From Paracoccaceae bacterium (GTDB lineage Bacteria; Pseudomonadota; Alphaproteobacteria; Rhodobacterales; Rhodobacteraceae), in the NCBI GenBank assembly GCA_014323795.1, contig JACONK010000026.1:4475-68474 (forward strand): a stretch of DNA of 64,000 bases, given 5' to 3'. Each line of letters begins with the position of its first letter. Position 1 is the stretch's first letter. The position numbers and the translations under genes are program-made. Shown here piece by piece: positions 32,402-42,941 of the stretch. The notes under the pieces were generated by a model, which saw only the letters and a program-made list of their open reading frames with translations, did no database searches and was not told the origin of the DNA.

Positions 32402-32558
32402 CGCCTCCTATCCGTTGCCGCATATCCTTTCATTAATGGAATGATTCAATGGAATGATTCGCTTATGGAGGCCACCGGATGTGCATCCCGCCATCCGGTG
32501 TTTGTTGTAAAAAAGGTTCTTATGCTGAGGAACCGCAACCCGAAAGGACATACCGAAC

Positions 32559-32927
<369 letters not shown>

Positions 32928-32939
32928 GGGGCTGATCCA

Positions 32940-33329
32940 ATGGCACGTGAAAAACTTCGCACAAAGAAGAAGGTCAAAAAGAACATCACCACCGGTGTGG
33001 CGCATGTCAATTCGTCTTTCAATAACACCAGAATCCTGATTACTGATGCACAGGGTAATGCCATATCCTGGTCTTCTGCCGGGACCATGGGCTTCAAGGG
33101 ATCGCGCAAGTCGACGCCCTATGCCGCACAGATGGCTGCCGAGGACGCTGGCCGTAAAGCACAGGAACACGGCGTACGCACCCTGGAAGTGGAGGTACAG
33201 GGCCCTGGTTCAGGCCGCGAAAGCGCATTGCGTGCCTTGGCTGCCGTGGGTTTAAACATCACGTTGATCCGCGATGTTACGCCGATTGCCCACAACGGTT
33301 GCCGTCCGCCGAAACGTCGTCGCGTTTAA
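32940..33329 (+). CDS. rpsK: 30S ribosomal protein S11
   Basis: [31 protein letters not shown]. Confidence 0.97.
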   Translation: MAREKLRTKKKVKKNITTGVAHVNSSFNNTRILITDAQGNAISWSSAGTMGFKGSRKSTPYAAQMAAEDAGRKAQEHGVRTLEVEVQGPGSGRESALRALAAVGLNITLIRDVTPIAHNGCRPPKRRRV

Positions 33330-33442
33330 GAAATTCTACGCTTGGACACCCATGTGGTAACGTGCGTCCGGGCGTTTTGATTTAGATCCCCCGGGCTTTC
33401 CCTGACCCCCGGATCCGGTCGGGAAAAAGAATGGAGACATCT

Positions 33443-34459
33443 ATGATCCACAGGAATTGGCAGGAACTTATCCGCCCCATGAAAATTGAGATTAAACCCG
33501 GCAGCGACCCGCTGTGCCAGGCAACCGTTGTGGCTGAACCGCTGGAACGGGGCTTTGGCCTGACGCTCGGCAACGCCTTGCGCCGTGTGCTCCTGAGTTC
33601 GCTGCAAGGTGCTGCTATTACTGGTGTGCAGATCGATAACGTGCTGCACGAGTTTTCTTCCGTTGTCGGTGTGCGCGAGGATGTCATCGATATTGTGTTG
33701 AACCTCAAGGGCGTCGCTGTCGCCATGGAGGCCGAAGGCAAGAAGCGCGTGTCTGTCGCTGCCAAAGGTCCGGGTGTTGTCACTGCCGGGGACATCACCG
33801 AGACGGCTGACATCCGTATCCTGAACAAGAATCACGTGATCTGTCACCTCGACGACGGTGCGATCCTGTTCATGGAGATGACTGTGGAGAGTGGCAAAGG
33901 CTACGTGCCCGCCGATAAAAACCGCCCGGAAGACGCACCTATCGGTCTGATCCCGATCGATGCGCTCTATTCGCCGGTCGTGAAGGTCAGCTATGATGTT
34001 CAGCCAACGCGTGAGGGCCAGGTGCTCGACTACGACAAACTGACGCTGAAGCTGGAAACCGATGGTTCCATCACACCGGAAGACGCTGTGGCGTTCGCTG
34101 CGCGTATCCTGCAAGATCAGCTGTCTGTCTTCGTCAGTTTCGACGAGCCCGAAAGTTTGCGCCGTCAGGGCGATGATGATGATTTTGAATTCAACCCGCT
34201 TCTCTTGAAAAAAGTAGACGAGCTTGAACTGTCTGTCCGGTCTGCGAATTGCCTGAAGAACGACAACATCGTCTACATCGGTGACCTTATCCAGAAGACC
34301 GAGGCAGAAATGTTGCGTACGCCGAATTTCGGCCGTAAGTCCCTCAACGAGATTAAGGAAGTCCTGACCGGAATGGGCCTTGGTTTCAGCATGGATATTG
34401 GCGACTGGCCACCCGACAATATGGAAGACCTGGCCAAGAAGTTCGAAGACCAGTTGTAA
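33443..34459 (+). CDS. rpoA: RNA polymerase alpha subunit
   Basis: [38 protein letters not shown]. Confidence 0.97.
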   Translation: MIHRNWQELIRPMKIEIKPGSDPLCQATVVAEPLERGFGLTLGNALRRVLLSSLQGAAITGVQIDNVLHEFSSVVGVREDVIDIVLNLKGVAVAMEAEGKKRVSVAAKGPGVVTAGDITETADIRILNKNHVICHLDDGAILFMEMTVESGKGYVPADKNRPEDAPIGLIPIDALYSPVVKVSYDVQPTREGQVLDYDKLTLKLETDGSITPEDAVAFAARILQDQLSVFVSFDEPESLRRQGDDDDFEFNPLLLKKVDELELSVRSANCLKNDNIVYIGDLIQKTEAEMLRTPNFGRKSLNEIKEVLTGMGLGFSMDIGDWPPDNMEDLAKKFEDQL

Positions 34460-34588
34460 AAGCGCGGCGGGGGACTCCGCCACTCCGATATTTGCACCTG
34501 GCTGGGACTGACTTGGCCAAGGATGCTCCAAGATCCCCGAATCTCAAGGCAGGTTCGCCGGATGAAAGATGAAAAGGAGAACGATATC

Positions 34589-35008
34589 ATGCGTCACGCA
34601 TGCGGATACCGCCGGTTGAACCGGACCCATGAGCACCGCAAGATGCTTTTTTCCAACATGGCTGGTTCTCTTATTGAGCATGAGCAAATCAAGACGACCC
34701 TGCCCAAAGCCAAGGAACTGCGCCCCTACGTTGAAAAGCTGGTCACGTTCGCCAAACGCGGTGATCTGCATGCCCGCCGTCAGGCCGCAGCAAAGCTGAA
34801 AGAGGCCAAGGACGTATCGAAACTTTTCGACGTGCTTGGCCCCCGCTATGCGGATCGCAATGGCGGCTACACCCGTGTCATAAAAGCGGGCTTCCGTTAC
34901 GGTGATATGGCACCGATGGCGATCATCGAATTCGTGGACCGTGACACGGACGCCAAGGGCGCGGCCGACAAGGCCCGCGAATCCGCAATGCAAATGGCAG
35001 AAGAGTAG
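34589..35008 (+). CDS. rplQ: 50S ribosomal protein L17
   Basis: [32 protein letters not shown]. Confidence 0.97.
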   Translation: MRHACGYRRLNRTHEHRKMLFSNMAGSLIEHEQIKTTLPKAKELRPYVEKLVTFAKRGDLHARRQAAAKLKEAKDVSKLFDVLGPRYADRNGGYTRVIKAGFRYGDMAPMAIIEFVDRDTDAKGAADKARESAMQMAEE

Positions 35009-35027
35009 TAATTCGCCGTCCCTTCAG

Positions 35028-35069
35028 AAGGCGACCCCGCCCGGGCTTGTTGCGGCGGGGAAGCCTTTT
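35028..35069 (+). terminator. Intrinsic terminator after rplQ
   Basis: AAGGC..CCCCGCC / GGCGGGG..GCCTT stem followed by TT. Confidence 0.6.
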
Positions 35070-35130
35070 GCAGGCTGTGTAATTGATCGGACAGGTTAAG
35101 GAAAGTGCCGGGTAAATCGGGCGACCATCC

Positions 35131-36945
35131 ATGCAAAACCTTCTCGATGACCTGACCGGGCTTTTGCAGGCCGAACAGGCGTTCATCTCTGACGGGGCGA
35201 TCCTGAGGAATACGGTGATCAAGGCGGCACTGAACCTGGAGCCGCGCCTGCTGACCCTGCTGATGCGATCCGACAGGATTAAGGCGCATTTCTTTACCGA
35301 AGTTGCGGGGGTATTGGTCTTTGACAAGGTGAAGTTTCAGGATTTCGTATCCAGCAAAGCCTTCCTGCCCGACAGCTACACGGCCTTTAAAAACCGCATT
35401 GGCCTGACGGACGGACGCGGCACTTACCTGAGACAGTCACGTGACGTTGTGCTGTCCTGGCCCTACAAGGATTGTGTGCTGGAAGGCGGCATGACGAAAG
35501 AGGATCGGGGCCGTGACGAGGTGTTCTGGAACACGACACTTGCCCCGGATGACATCACGCGGCTGTTTGAACCCAAGGTGCTGACCGGCTGGGATGCCTG
35601 GGCGGTGGCAGAGGGGCGCACCAGGCCCGTGGGCACGGTGTCGGATGAGGATAACCTGCTGATCAAGGGCAACAACCTGCTGGTGCTGCATTCCCTGAAA
35701 GCACGTTACGCGGGCAAGGTGAAGCTGATCTATATTGACCCGCCCTATAATACCGGCAATGACGGGTTTCGGTATAATGATCGCTTCAACCATTCATCCT
35801 GGCTGACCTTCATGCGGAACCGGCTGGAGGTGGCGAAGGATTTGCTGAGCCGGGATGGTCTTCTGTTTGTCCATTGTGACAGAAATGAATTTGCTTACCT
35901 CAAGGTGCTATTAGATGAAGTCATGATTGATGGTGTATTCATCGAGTGCATCACCGTGGTCAATAATCCGGGAGGACGGGACTATGGTGGTATTGCAAAT
36001 ATGCACGAGTATATTCTTTGCTATTCAAAAAGCCCGAACTATGAAATTAGTAGGCTTGATGATCCTGAAAAGCAGTTTCCTTACAGAGATGAAATCGGTG
36101 ATTTTGAACTAAGAGAATTGAGAAACAGGAACACAACTTTCAACCAAGCCAATCGACCTAACCTCGTTTACCCATTCTACACAAACCCCGATGATACAGA
36201 TGATAATGGGCTTCACACCATCAGTCTCGAACCCAAAGCCGGTTGGAAAAAGGTCATGCCTGCAAAGTCTCAAGGCATTCAAACCGTCTGGCGTTGGGGA
36301 AAACCGCGGTCTCAAGAGAATTTGAATACCGATATCAAAGCCAAAAAAATAAAAGATGATCGGTTTCAGATTGTAGAAAAATACCGTAATAAAAAACGAA
36401 TGGCACGTTCTGTTTGGTGGGACAAAGAAGTTAATTCAGCACGCGGCACATTGCATGTGAAGTCGTTGGTGGGAAAGCAATTATTTACATATCCAAAGCC
36501 CGAGGAAACATTAAACCGAATACTTGAAATGACCACCACACCCGGCGACCTTGTATTGGATTTCTTCGCGGGTTCCGGAACAACCACAGCCGTTGCGCAC
36601 AAGATGGGGCGGCGATGGATCGCGGTGAAACAGATGGATTACATTGAAAATTTGACCAAAACCCGCCTCAAGAAAGTCATCGAAGGGGCACGAGATATTC
36701 CAACGCTGCAGGCCATTCACACGGATATGGTGGATACGGGGTATCTGCGCTACCATCTGGACCTGACGCAATTCAATACGCAGGATTTCGCTGCACTTGC
36801 CTTGGAAGACGCCAGGCGCACCCTGATGGACTGCCTGGATGCCAACCATTTTTATGTCAATATCGGTTCCCTTGGCGACGCGGATTTTGACATCCCCCAA
36901 GAAGACGCCTGCACGACCCGTGCATTCTACGGGATTGCGAAATGA
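35131..36945 (+). CDS. mod: Type III R-M modification methylase (Mod), possibly inactivated
   Basis: IYIDPPYNTG, DFFAGSGTT; AT-rich central TRD; AVKQMDY in place of the usual GIEQMDY; short C-terminus. Confidence 0.85.
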   Translation: MQNLLDDLTGLLQAEQAFISDGAILRNTVIKAALNLEPRLLTLLMRSDRIKAHFFTEVAGVLVFDKVKFQDFVSSKAFLPDSYTAFKNRIGLTDGRGTYLRQSRDVVLSWPYKDCVLEGGMTKEDRGRDEVFWNTTLAPDDITRLFEPKVLTGWDAWAVAEGRTRPVGTVSDEDNLLIKGNNLLVLHSLKARYAGKVKLIYIDPPYNTGNDGFRYNDRFNHSSWLTFMRNRLEVAKDLLSRDGLLFVHCDRNEFAYLKVLLDEVMIDGVFIECITVVNNPGGRDYGGIANMHEYILCYSKSPNYEISRLDDPEKQFPYRDEIGDFELRELRNRNTTFNQANRPNLVYPFYTNPDDTDDNGLHTISLEPKAGWKKVMPAKSQGIQTVWRWGKPRSQENLNTDIKAKKIKDDRFQIVEKYRNKKRMARSVWWDKEVNSARGTLHVKSLVGKQLFTYPKPEETLNRILEMTTTPGDLVLDFFAGSGTTTAVAHKMGRRWIAVKQMDYIENLTKTRLKKVIEGARDIPTLQAIHTDMVDTGYLRYHLDLTQFNTQDFAALALEDARRTLMDCLDANHFYVNIGSLGDADFDIPQEDACTTRAFYGIAK

Positions 36946-39572
36946 CCCAAAGCCTTGCGGCAGAGTTTGACGCACTGGCCAAATATGGTGCGCTCAATAG
37001 CGACCTTCCCGATGATATCACCGGCAATCTTGCACCCCGGATCACCCTGCGCTCCTATCAGCGCAGGGCACTGGAACGCTGGCTGTTCTACATTGACAGA
37101 TACGAGCAACGGCCCAAAGCTCCGCACCTGCTGTTCCATATGGCCACGGGCAGCGGCAAGACTGTGTTGATGGCGGCCCTGATCCTTGACCTGTATCGGC
37201 GCGGCTATCGTAACTTTCTGTTTTTTGTGAATTCCGCCCAGATTATCGGGAAGACCAGGGAAAACTTCCTGAACCCCGCATCGGCCAAGCACCTGTTCGC
37301 GCCTGCCATCCGCATTGACGACACGCCTGTGGACGTCCGCGCACCGGATACTTTTGACGCCGTGCCGGACGATGCGATCAACATCCATTTCACCACGATT
37401 CAGGGGCTGCACACACTGATGCAGGCCCCGAAAGAAAACGCGGTCACTATCGAGGATTTCCAGGAGCGGAAGGTGGTGCTGATCTCGGACGAGGCGCACC
37501 ACCTGAATGCCGGGACCAGAAAGACGCCGACCAGGGGTGAGGCTGAGCACAAGGCCAGTTGGGAAAGCACGGTGTCAGGGATTTTCCGCCAGCACCCCGA
37601 AAACGTGCTGCTGGAGTTTACCGCAACCGTGGATCTGGGCCACGAGGCGATCCGGGAAAAGTATCAGGACAAGATACTCTATGACTATGCGCTGCGGCAG
37701 TTTCGCGAAGACGGCTATTCAAAGGACATCAGGCTGCGGCAGGCCGATTTACCCCCGGCGGAACGAATGATGCAGGCGATGGTTCTAAGCCAGTATCGCC
37801 GCAACGTGGCCGCGGCGCATAGGCTGCACTGCAAGCCGGTGATCCTGATGAAGTCAAGGACGATCATGGACAGTGCCAAAAACGAAGCGATCTTCAATGC
37901 AATGGTTAAGGGGCTTACGGGCGCGGTGCTGGATGATCTTCGGGTGGCATCCGGGCACGATGAAACCCTTGCGCGGGCCTTTGCCTTCATCATGGACGAA
38001 CAGGCCATGAGCGGTGCGGATTTCGCCCGCGAATTGCAGGGGGATTTTGCCCCGGAAAAGGTGGTGAATGTCAACAATCCGAAGGATTTGGAAAACCGGC
38101 AGATCGAGTTGAACGCCCTGGAGGATCACGACAGTGAGATACGGGTGATCTTTGCCGTTGACAAGCTGAACGAAGGCTGGGATGTGCTCAACCTGTTTGA
38201 CATCGTGCGGCTTTATGACACCCGCGATGGCAAGGCGAACAAGGTGGGTAAAACCACCATGGCCGAGGCCCAGTTGATCGGACGCGGGGCGCGGTACTTC
38301 CCCTTCACAGCCCTTGGCCAGCCTGACGCGGCCCGGGAACAGCGCAAGTATGATAGTGCTGTGGATACACCCCTGCGGATCCTGGAGGAATTGCACTACC
38401 ACTGTTCGCACAACCCCAGGTATATCCATGATATTCGCAACGCCCTGATTGAGGCCGGGATGCTGGATGAAACCGCCCGGACGGTGCGGCTGCGGCTCAA
38501 GGACAGTTTCAGGCAGACCGGGATATATAAACAGGGCCATGTCTGGATCAATGACCGCGTGAAGAACCCGCACGATGGGGTGGCGGGGCTGGACGCTTAC
38601 AAGATAGAATGCCGTTTCATCTATCCCGACCTGATGACTGGCCGGGTGACGGAAGCCTCTGCCTTTGACGATTCCCCGCTGGTGCTGCAACCAGGCGCGA
38701 AAGAGCCCGTATCCCGCGACTTCAGGCTGGCAGATTTCGGCAGGGCCATCCTGGGCTTTGCGATGGATTCCAATGATTTCTTCCACTTCGCCAGCCTGCG
38801 CACCTGGTTCCCGCCGCTTAAAAGTGCCGCGCAATTTATCACTTCGGATGCTTATCTTGGCGGCGTGAGCGTAAGTGTGCGCGGTTTACCAGATGACCTT
38901 GACAATCTGACCGCGCAGCAAAAGATGAACATCACACGCTACGTCCTGCGGCAGATTGAAAGTGGTGTGAAACGGGAAGAGATTGAATATGTCGGCACCC
39001 GGGACTTCAAGCCTTATCCTGTCAGGGACCGTTTTACCGATAAGACGCTGAAACTGCGGTGCGAAGGTGAGACGGGCCTGAGTTGGGTTAAGGGCGAAAG
39101 CAACCTGCCCGGACTTGATCAGATCAATCTGGGCGGCAAGGACTGGTACGCCTATGACGACAGTTACGGCACAGAGCAGGAAAAGCACTTCATCAAATAC
39201 ATGCACGATCAGGAAGCGCGGTTGCGGGACATGTATGACGAATTCTGCCTGCTGCGCAATGAGAAGGCGGTGAAACTGTATGCCTTTGATACAGGACGCG
39301 CCTTTGAACCGGATTTTGTTCTGTTTCTGAAAAAGAAGATGCAGGAAAACAGCACAATCCTGCAGCTTTTCATCGAGCCAAAAGGCGACCATCTGCGCCC
39401 GCAGGATGACTGGAAACAGGATTTCCTTGCGCAACTAAAATGCGAGGCCAGACTGCAAACCATATTCCAGGGTCGGGACTATACCGTATCCGGCTTGCCA
39501 TTCTTCAACGAAACGGGGCAGGCTAACAAGGACTTCAGATCAGCATTTGAGGCCAGTGTGCTGGCCGTATAA
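36942..39572 (+). CDS. res: Type III restriction endonuclease Res (SF2 helicase + PD-(D/E)xK nuclease)
   Basis: MATGSGKT, SDEAHH, LNEGWDV, QLIGRGAR, FEPDF...FIEPKG; ATGA overlap with mod. Confidence 0.88.
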   Translation: MTQSLAAEFDALAKYGALNSDLPDDITGNLAPRITLRSYQRRALERWLFYIDRYEQRPKAPHLLFHMATGSGKTVLMAALILDLYRRGYRNFLFFVNSAQIIGKTRENFLNPASAKHLFAPAIRIDDTPVDVRAPDTFDAVPDDAINIHFTTIQGLHTLMQAPKENAVTIEDFQERKVVLISDEAHHLNAGTRKTPTRGEAEHKASWESTVSGIFRQHPENVLLEFTATVDLGHEAIREKYQDKILYDYALRQFREDGYSKDIRLRQADLPPAERMMQAMVLSQYRRNVAAAHRLHCKPVILMKSRTIMDSAKNEAIFNAMVKGLTGAVLDDLRVASGHDETLARAFAFIMDEQAMSGADFARELQGDFAPEKVVNVNNPKDLENRQIELNALEDHDSEIRVIFAVDKLNEGWDVLNLFDIVRLYDTRDGKANKVGKTTMAEAQLIGRGARYFPFTALGQPDAAREQRKYDSAVDTPLRILEELHYHCSHNPRYIHDIRNALIEAGMLDETARTVRLRLKDSFRQTGIYKQGHVWINDRVKNPHDGVAGLDAYKIECRFIYPDLMTGRVTEASAFDDSPLVLQPGAKEPVSRDFRLADFGRAILGFAMDSNDFFHFASLRTWFPPLKSAAQFITSDAYLGGVSVSVRGLPDDLDNLTAQQKMNITRYVLRQIESGVKREEIEYVGTRDFKPYPVRDRFTDKTLKLRCEGETGLSWVKGESNLPGLDQINLGGKDWYAYDDSYGTEQEKHFIKYMHDQEARLRDMYDEFCLLRNEKAVKLYAFDTGRAFEPDFVLFLKKKMQENSTILQLFIEPKGDHLRPQDDWKQDFLAQLKCEARLQTIFQGRDYTVSGLPFFNETGQANKDFRSAFEASVLAV

Positions 39573-39743
39573 TCTGCATTTGCCTGTCCGCATATGCGTT
39601 ACCGGGGGCAGGATATATCCCCCGGTTGCCGGTATTTGATAGTTGGAAATCCTGTCCCAAAGTAGCATTGCAGAGCAATCAATAACCGGGCTTCCGGGCA
39701 TTGCTGTTTGACTTTTTCGCCCCACACCGGTTCTGGTGCTGTT

Positions 39744-41051
39744 GTGGCAGATCTATTTGACAGCGTTGCCTCGCACACTGCTTCAGCCTCACCAGGGCCG
39801 CTTGCGGACCGGTTGCGGCCAAAGCACTTTGACGAGGTCGTAGGCCAGCAGCACCTGCTGGGCGAAGACGGTGCCCTGCGCGTGATGCTGGAATCCGGGC
39901 AGTTGTCGTCTATCATCTTCTGGGGTCCGCCGGGTGTGGGCAAAACCACGCTCGCCAAACTGTTGGCTGATGAAACGGACCTGGAATTTATACAGATCAG
40001 TGCGGTCTTCTCAGGTGTGGCCGATCTGAAGAAATTGTTTGATAATGCCAAACTCCGCCGCCAGACCGGGCGCGGCACACTCCTCTTCGTAGACGAAATT
40101 CACCGCTTCAACAAAGCGCAGCAGGACGGGTTTCTGCCGCATATGGAAGACGGGACAATCGTGCTGGTCGGCGCCACGACGGAAAACCCGTCGTTCGAGC
40201 TGAACGCCGCACTCATGTCCCGGGCGCAAGTCATGGTGCTGGAACGCCTGACGCTGTCTGACCTTGAACGCCTGACACAGCGTACGGAACAGGAGCTTTC
40301 GCGCAAATTGCCGCTGACAGCGGGCGCACGCGAAACTGTTCTGGATATGGCTGACGGCGACGGTCGTGCGCTGCTCAATATCCTGGAACAGGTTTTTTCC
40401 TGGAACGCGGATAAATCCGTCAGCCCGAAGGAATTGGGAAAACGCCTGTCCCGGCGCGCCCCGAAATACGACAAATCGGGCGACGAACATTACAATCTGA
40501 TTTCCGCCCTGCATAAATCCGTCAGAGGGTCAGATCCGGATGCAGCACTTTACTGGTTTACCCGAATGCTGGCAGGTGGCGAAGATCCGCGATATCTGGC
40601 GCGTCGTATTACGCGGATGGCGGTTGAAGATATCGGCCTGGCCGACCCTCAGGCCCAGGCCATCTGCCTGCAAGGCTGGGAAACCTATGAGCGGCTGGGA
40701 TCTCCCGAAGGTGAGCTGGCCCTGGCCCAGGCGATCATTTATCTGGCCCTGGCCCCGAAATCGAACGCCGCTTATGTGGCTTACAAAGGGGCAACCAAGG
40801 CTGCGCAATCCACAGGATCAGAGCCGCCGCCCAAACATATCCTCAATGCACCGACGCAATTCATGAAAGATCAGGGCTACGGTGTCGATTACGCTTATGA
40901 TCACGATGCACCGGACGCCTTTTCAGGGAAAGATTATTTCCCTGAACGAATGAAACGCGGGGTTTATTACACTCCGGTTGATCGGGGTTTTGAAAGGGAG
41001 CTTAAAAAGCGCCTGGATTATTTTGCAAAACTCAGACATCAAGGAAGATGA
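39744..41051 (+). CDS. rarA: Replication-associated recombination protein A
   Basis: WGPPGVGKTT, FVDEIHRFNKAQQD, GATTENPSF, SALHKSVRGSDPDAA. Confidence 0.95.
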   Translation: MADLFDSVASHTASASPGPLADRLRPKHFDEVVGQQHLLGEDGALRVMLESGQLSSIIFWGPPGVGKTTLAKLLADETDLEFIQISAVFSGVADLKKLFDNAKLRRQTGRGTLLFVDEIHRFNKAQQDGFLPHMEDGTIVLVGATTENPSFELNAALMSRAQVMVLERLTLSDLERLTQRTEQELSRKLPLTAGARETVLDMADGDGRALLNILEQVFSWNADKSVSPKELGKRLSRRAPKYDKSGDEHYNLISALHKSVRGSDPDAALYWFTRMLAGGEDPRYLARRITRMAVEDIGLADPQAQAICLQGWETYERLGSPEGELALAQAIIYLALAPKSNAAYVAYKGATKAAQSTGSEPPPKHILNAPTQFMKDQGYGVDYAYDHDAPDAFSGKDYFPERMKRGVYYTPVDRGFERELKKRLDYFAKLRHQGR

Positions 41052-41528
41052 TTATCGGTCCGCCTCATCCCCCTGACCTCACTGCCCGAATTGGTCAAGA
41101 GGAGACGAATAAGAGGGGGCGGCTGAAGAATTTCCGCCACACGGGCCTCCTTGCCATGGTATTGAAACTGTTCTCGGGGCTTTGCTGCATCGAATAACTT
41201 CCACACAAAAAGTAAAGAAGCCGCTGGCCCGCCCCGCGGTCACCAGGCGGTTGGAAATCGGTGGATGCACCGCCCTGTTACGTGTGCCGTGCGACAAGGG
41301 CCTGCAAATCCCTGACGGATTTCTTGTGCGGTATGGAACGGTGCTGATCCTGCTGATTCAGGGGAAACATTGCGCAGCTTTCAATTTTGTGGAGGCGATA
41401 ATCCGCAAAAGTATGATAACTTCTATTGAGGTATTGCCCAAAACAGACGTTGATACCCGCAGCCGGCCTTGCGAAGGTCATGAACAATCCGTTAGACAAT
41501 GCCTGAAAAGAACGTCTCTGACAGAGGG

Positions 41529-41903
41529 ATGATGTTTCCCATACTTCAGGTTGCCTTGGGCGGCGCACTGGGTGCGGTGTTGCGCTATGGCATGGTGACA
41601 GGTGTAGCCCGGCTTTTGGGCACTGGATTTCCGTTGGGCACGGTGGCCGTGAACATCACGGGATCGTTTCTGATGGGGGTTTTGATGGCGTGGTTCGCTG
41701 CCCGGGCCTCTGCAGTCTGGGCAGTACCCCTTTTAACTGCTGGCCTGCTGGGTGGCTTCACCACGTTTTCCGCATTTTCTCTGGAAACTGTCGCGCTCTG
41801 CGAACAAGGTCGCTGGTTGGCGGCATCGGTTTATGTGGTTGTTTCCGTGGCCGGCTCTGTCGTTGCCCTGGCTGGCGGGTTGACCCTGATGCGCGGGGTC
41901 TGA
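41529..41903 (+). CDS. crcB: Fluoride efflux channel Fluc
   Basis: GGALGAVLRY, GTVAVNITGS, GLLGGFTTFSAF. Confidence 0.93.
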   Translation: MMFPILQVALGGALGAVLRYGMVTGVARLLGTGFPLGTVAVNITGSFLMGVLMAWFAARASAVWAVPLLTAGLLGGFTTFSAFSLETVALCEQGRWLAASVYVVVSVAGSVVALAGGLTLMRGV

Positions 41904-41904
41904 T

Positions 41905-42936
41905 GTGGTGTCCGGCGTCCAAATGATAGAGGTGGCATGGGACGCAGCACCCCAGCGGCTGGACCGTTGGCTGCGGCGCGTGTTTCCGCAGTTGCGCCAG
42001 GGGCAGATCGAAAAGATGTGCCGCAAGGGCCAGGTGCGTGTGGATAAGGCGCGTGCCAAAGCAGGCACCCGGATTAATCCGGGGCAGGTTGTGCGTGTGC
42101 CGCCGCTGCCCGATTCGTATGCCCAACGGCCCGCGCCAAAGATTTCCGACGCGGATGCAAGTATGATCCGTAACTGCGTGATCTACCGTGATGATGAGGT
42201 GATCGCGCTGAACAAACCGCCGGGTCTGCCGGTACAGGGCGGCAGCGGCCAAACCCGGCACGTCGACGGAATGGCAGAGGCTTTGGCCTTCGGCGGGGCC
42301 CCGCCGAAGCTGGTCCATCGGCTGGACAAGAACACTTCCGGCGTTTTGCTTATGGCGCGCACAGGTCGCGCTGCAACGGCACTGGCGAAATCATTCCACG
42401 CCCGAACAACGCGCAAGATATACTGGGCACTCGTCGCAGGTGTGCCCGGTTTGCGGTTTGGCACCATCCGCTATGGGCTGGCAAAGGTCGCCGGGCAGGG
42501 GGGGCGCGGTGCCGGGGAGCGGATGCACACCATCCACCCGGATGCTGTGGCGCGCACACCCGGAGCACAACACGCCCGGACCGACTATGCGGTGGTTGAA
42601 GCCTTGGCCCGACGCGCCGCCTGGGTGGCACTTGAGCCAGTAACCGGGCGCACCCACCAGTTGCGCGCCCATCTGGCAGAGATCGGCCACCCTATCGCGG
42701 GGGACGGCAAATACGGCGGCTTTTCCCAGGAAAATCCGGGCACCGGGTGGGGTGCGGGTCTCGGTGCCGGGATGAGTCGAAAGTTGCACTTGCATGCCTG
42801 GTCCCTGACGATTCCCCACCCGACCAGCGGGGCTGCATTGCACCTGACAGCCCCCTTGCCGGACCATATGGCCCGCACCTGGGATACGCTGGGATTTGAC
42901 GTCTCCGCCCCGGAATATCCGCTTTTTAAAGGATAA
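41905..42936 (+). CDS. RluA/RluC-family pseudouridine synthase with S4 domain
   Basis: QRLDRWLRR, LNKPPGLPVQGG, HRLDKNTSG, TGRTHQLR. Confidence 0.93.
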   Translation: MVSGVQMIEVAWDAAPQRLDRWLRRVFPQLRQGQIEKMCRKGQVRVDKARAKAGTRINPGQVVRVPPLPDSYAQRPAPKISDADASMIRNCVIYRDDEVIALNKPPGLPVQGGSGQTRHVDGMAEALAFGGAPPKLVHRLDKNTSGVLLMARTGRAATALAKSFHARTTRKIYWALVAGVPGLRFGTIRYGLAKVAGQGGRGAGERMHTIHPDAVARTPGAQHARTDYAVVEALARRAAWVALEPVTGRTHQLRAHLAEIGHPIAGDGKYGGFSQENPGTGWGAGLGAGMSRKLHLHAWSLTIPHPTSGAALHLTAPLPDHMARTWDTLGFDVSAPEYPLFKG

Positions 42937-42941
42937 TCTCA

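Noticed and set aside
35131-36945. Phase-variable simple sequence repeat in mod
   Set aside because: No tetra- or pentanucleotide tract or long homopolymer seen in the gene or its 5' region.
41280-41500. RelE/ParE-like toxin remnant between rarA and crcB
   Set aside because: Similarity (QGKHCAAF...IEVL) is too weak to support without a profile search.
41525-41600. Fluoride-riboswitch-like GGGATGATGTTTCCCATA at crcB
   Set aside because: It overlaps the crcB start codons (MMFPI), and a properly spaced GCTRATGAC pseudoknot partner is absent; probably coincidence.
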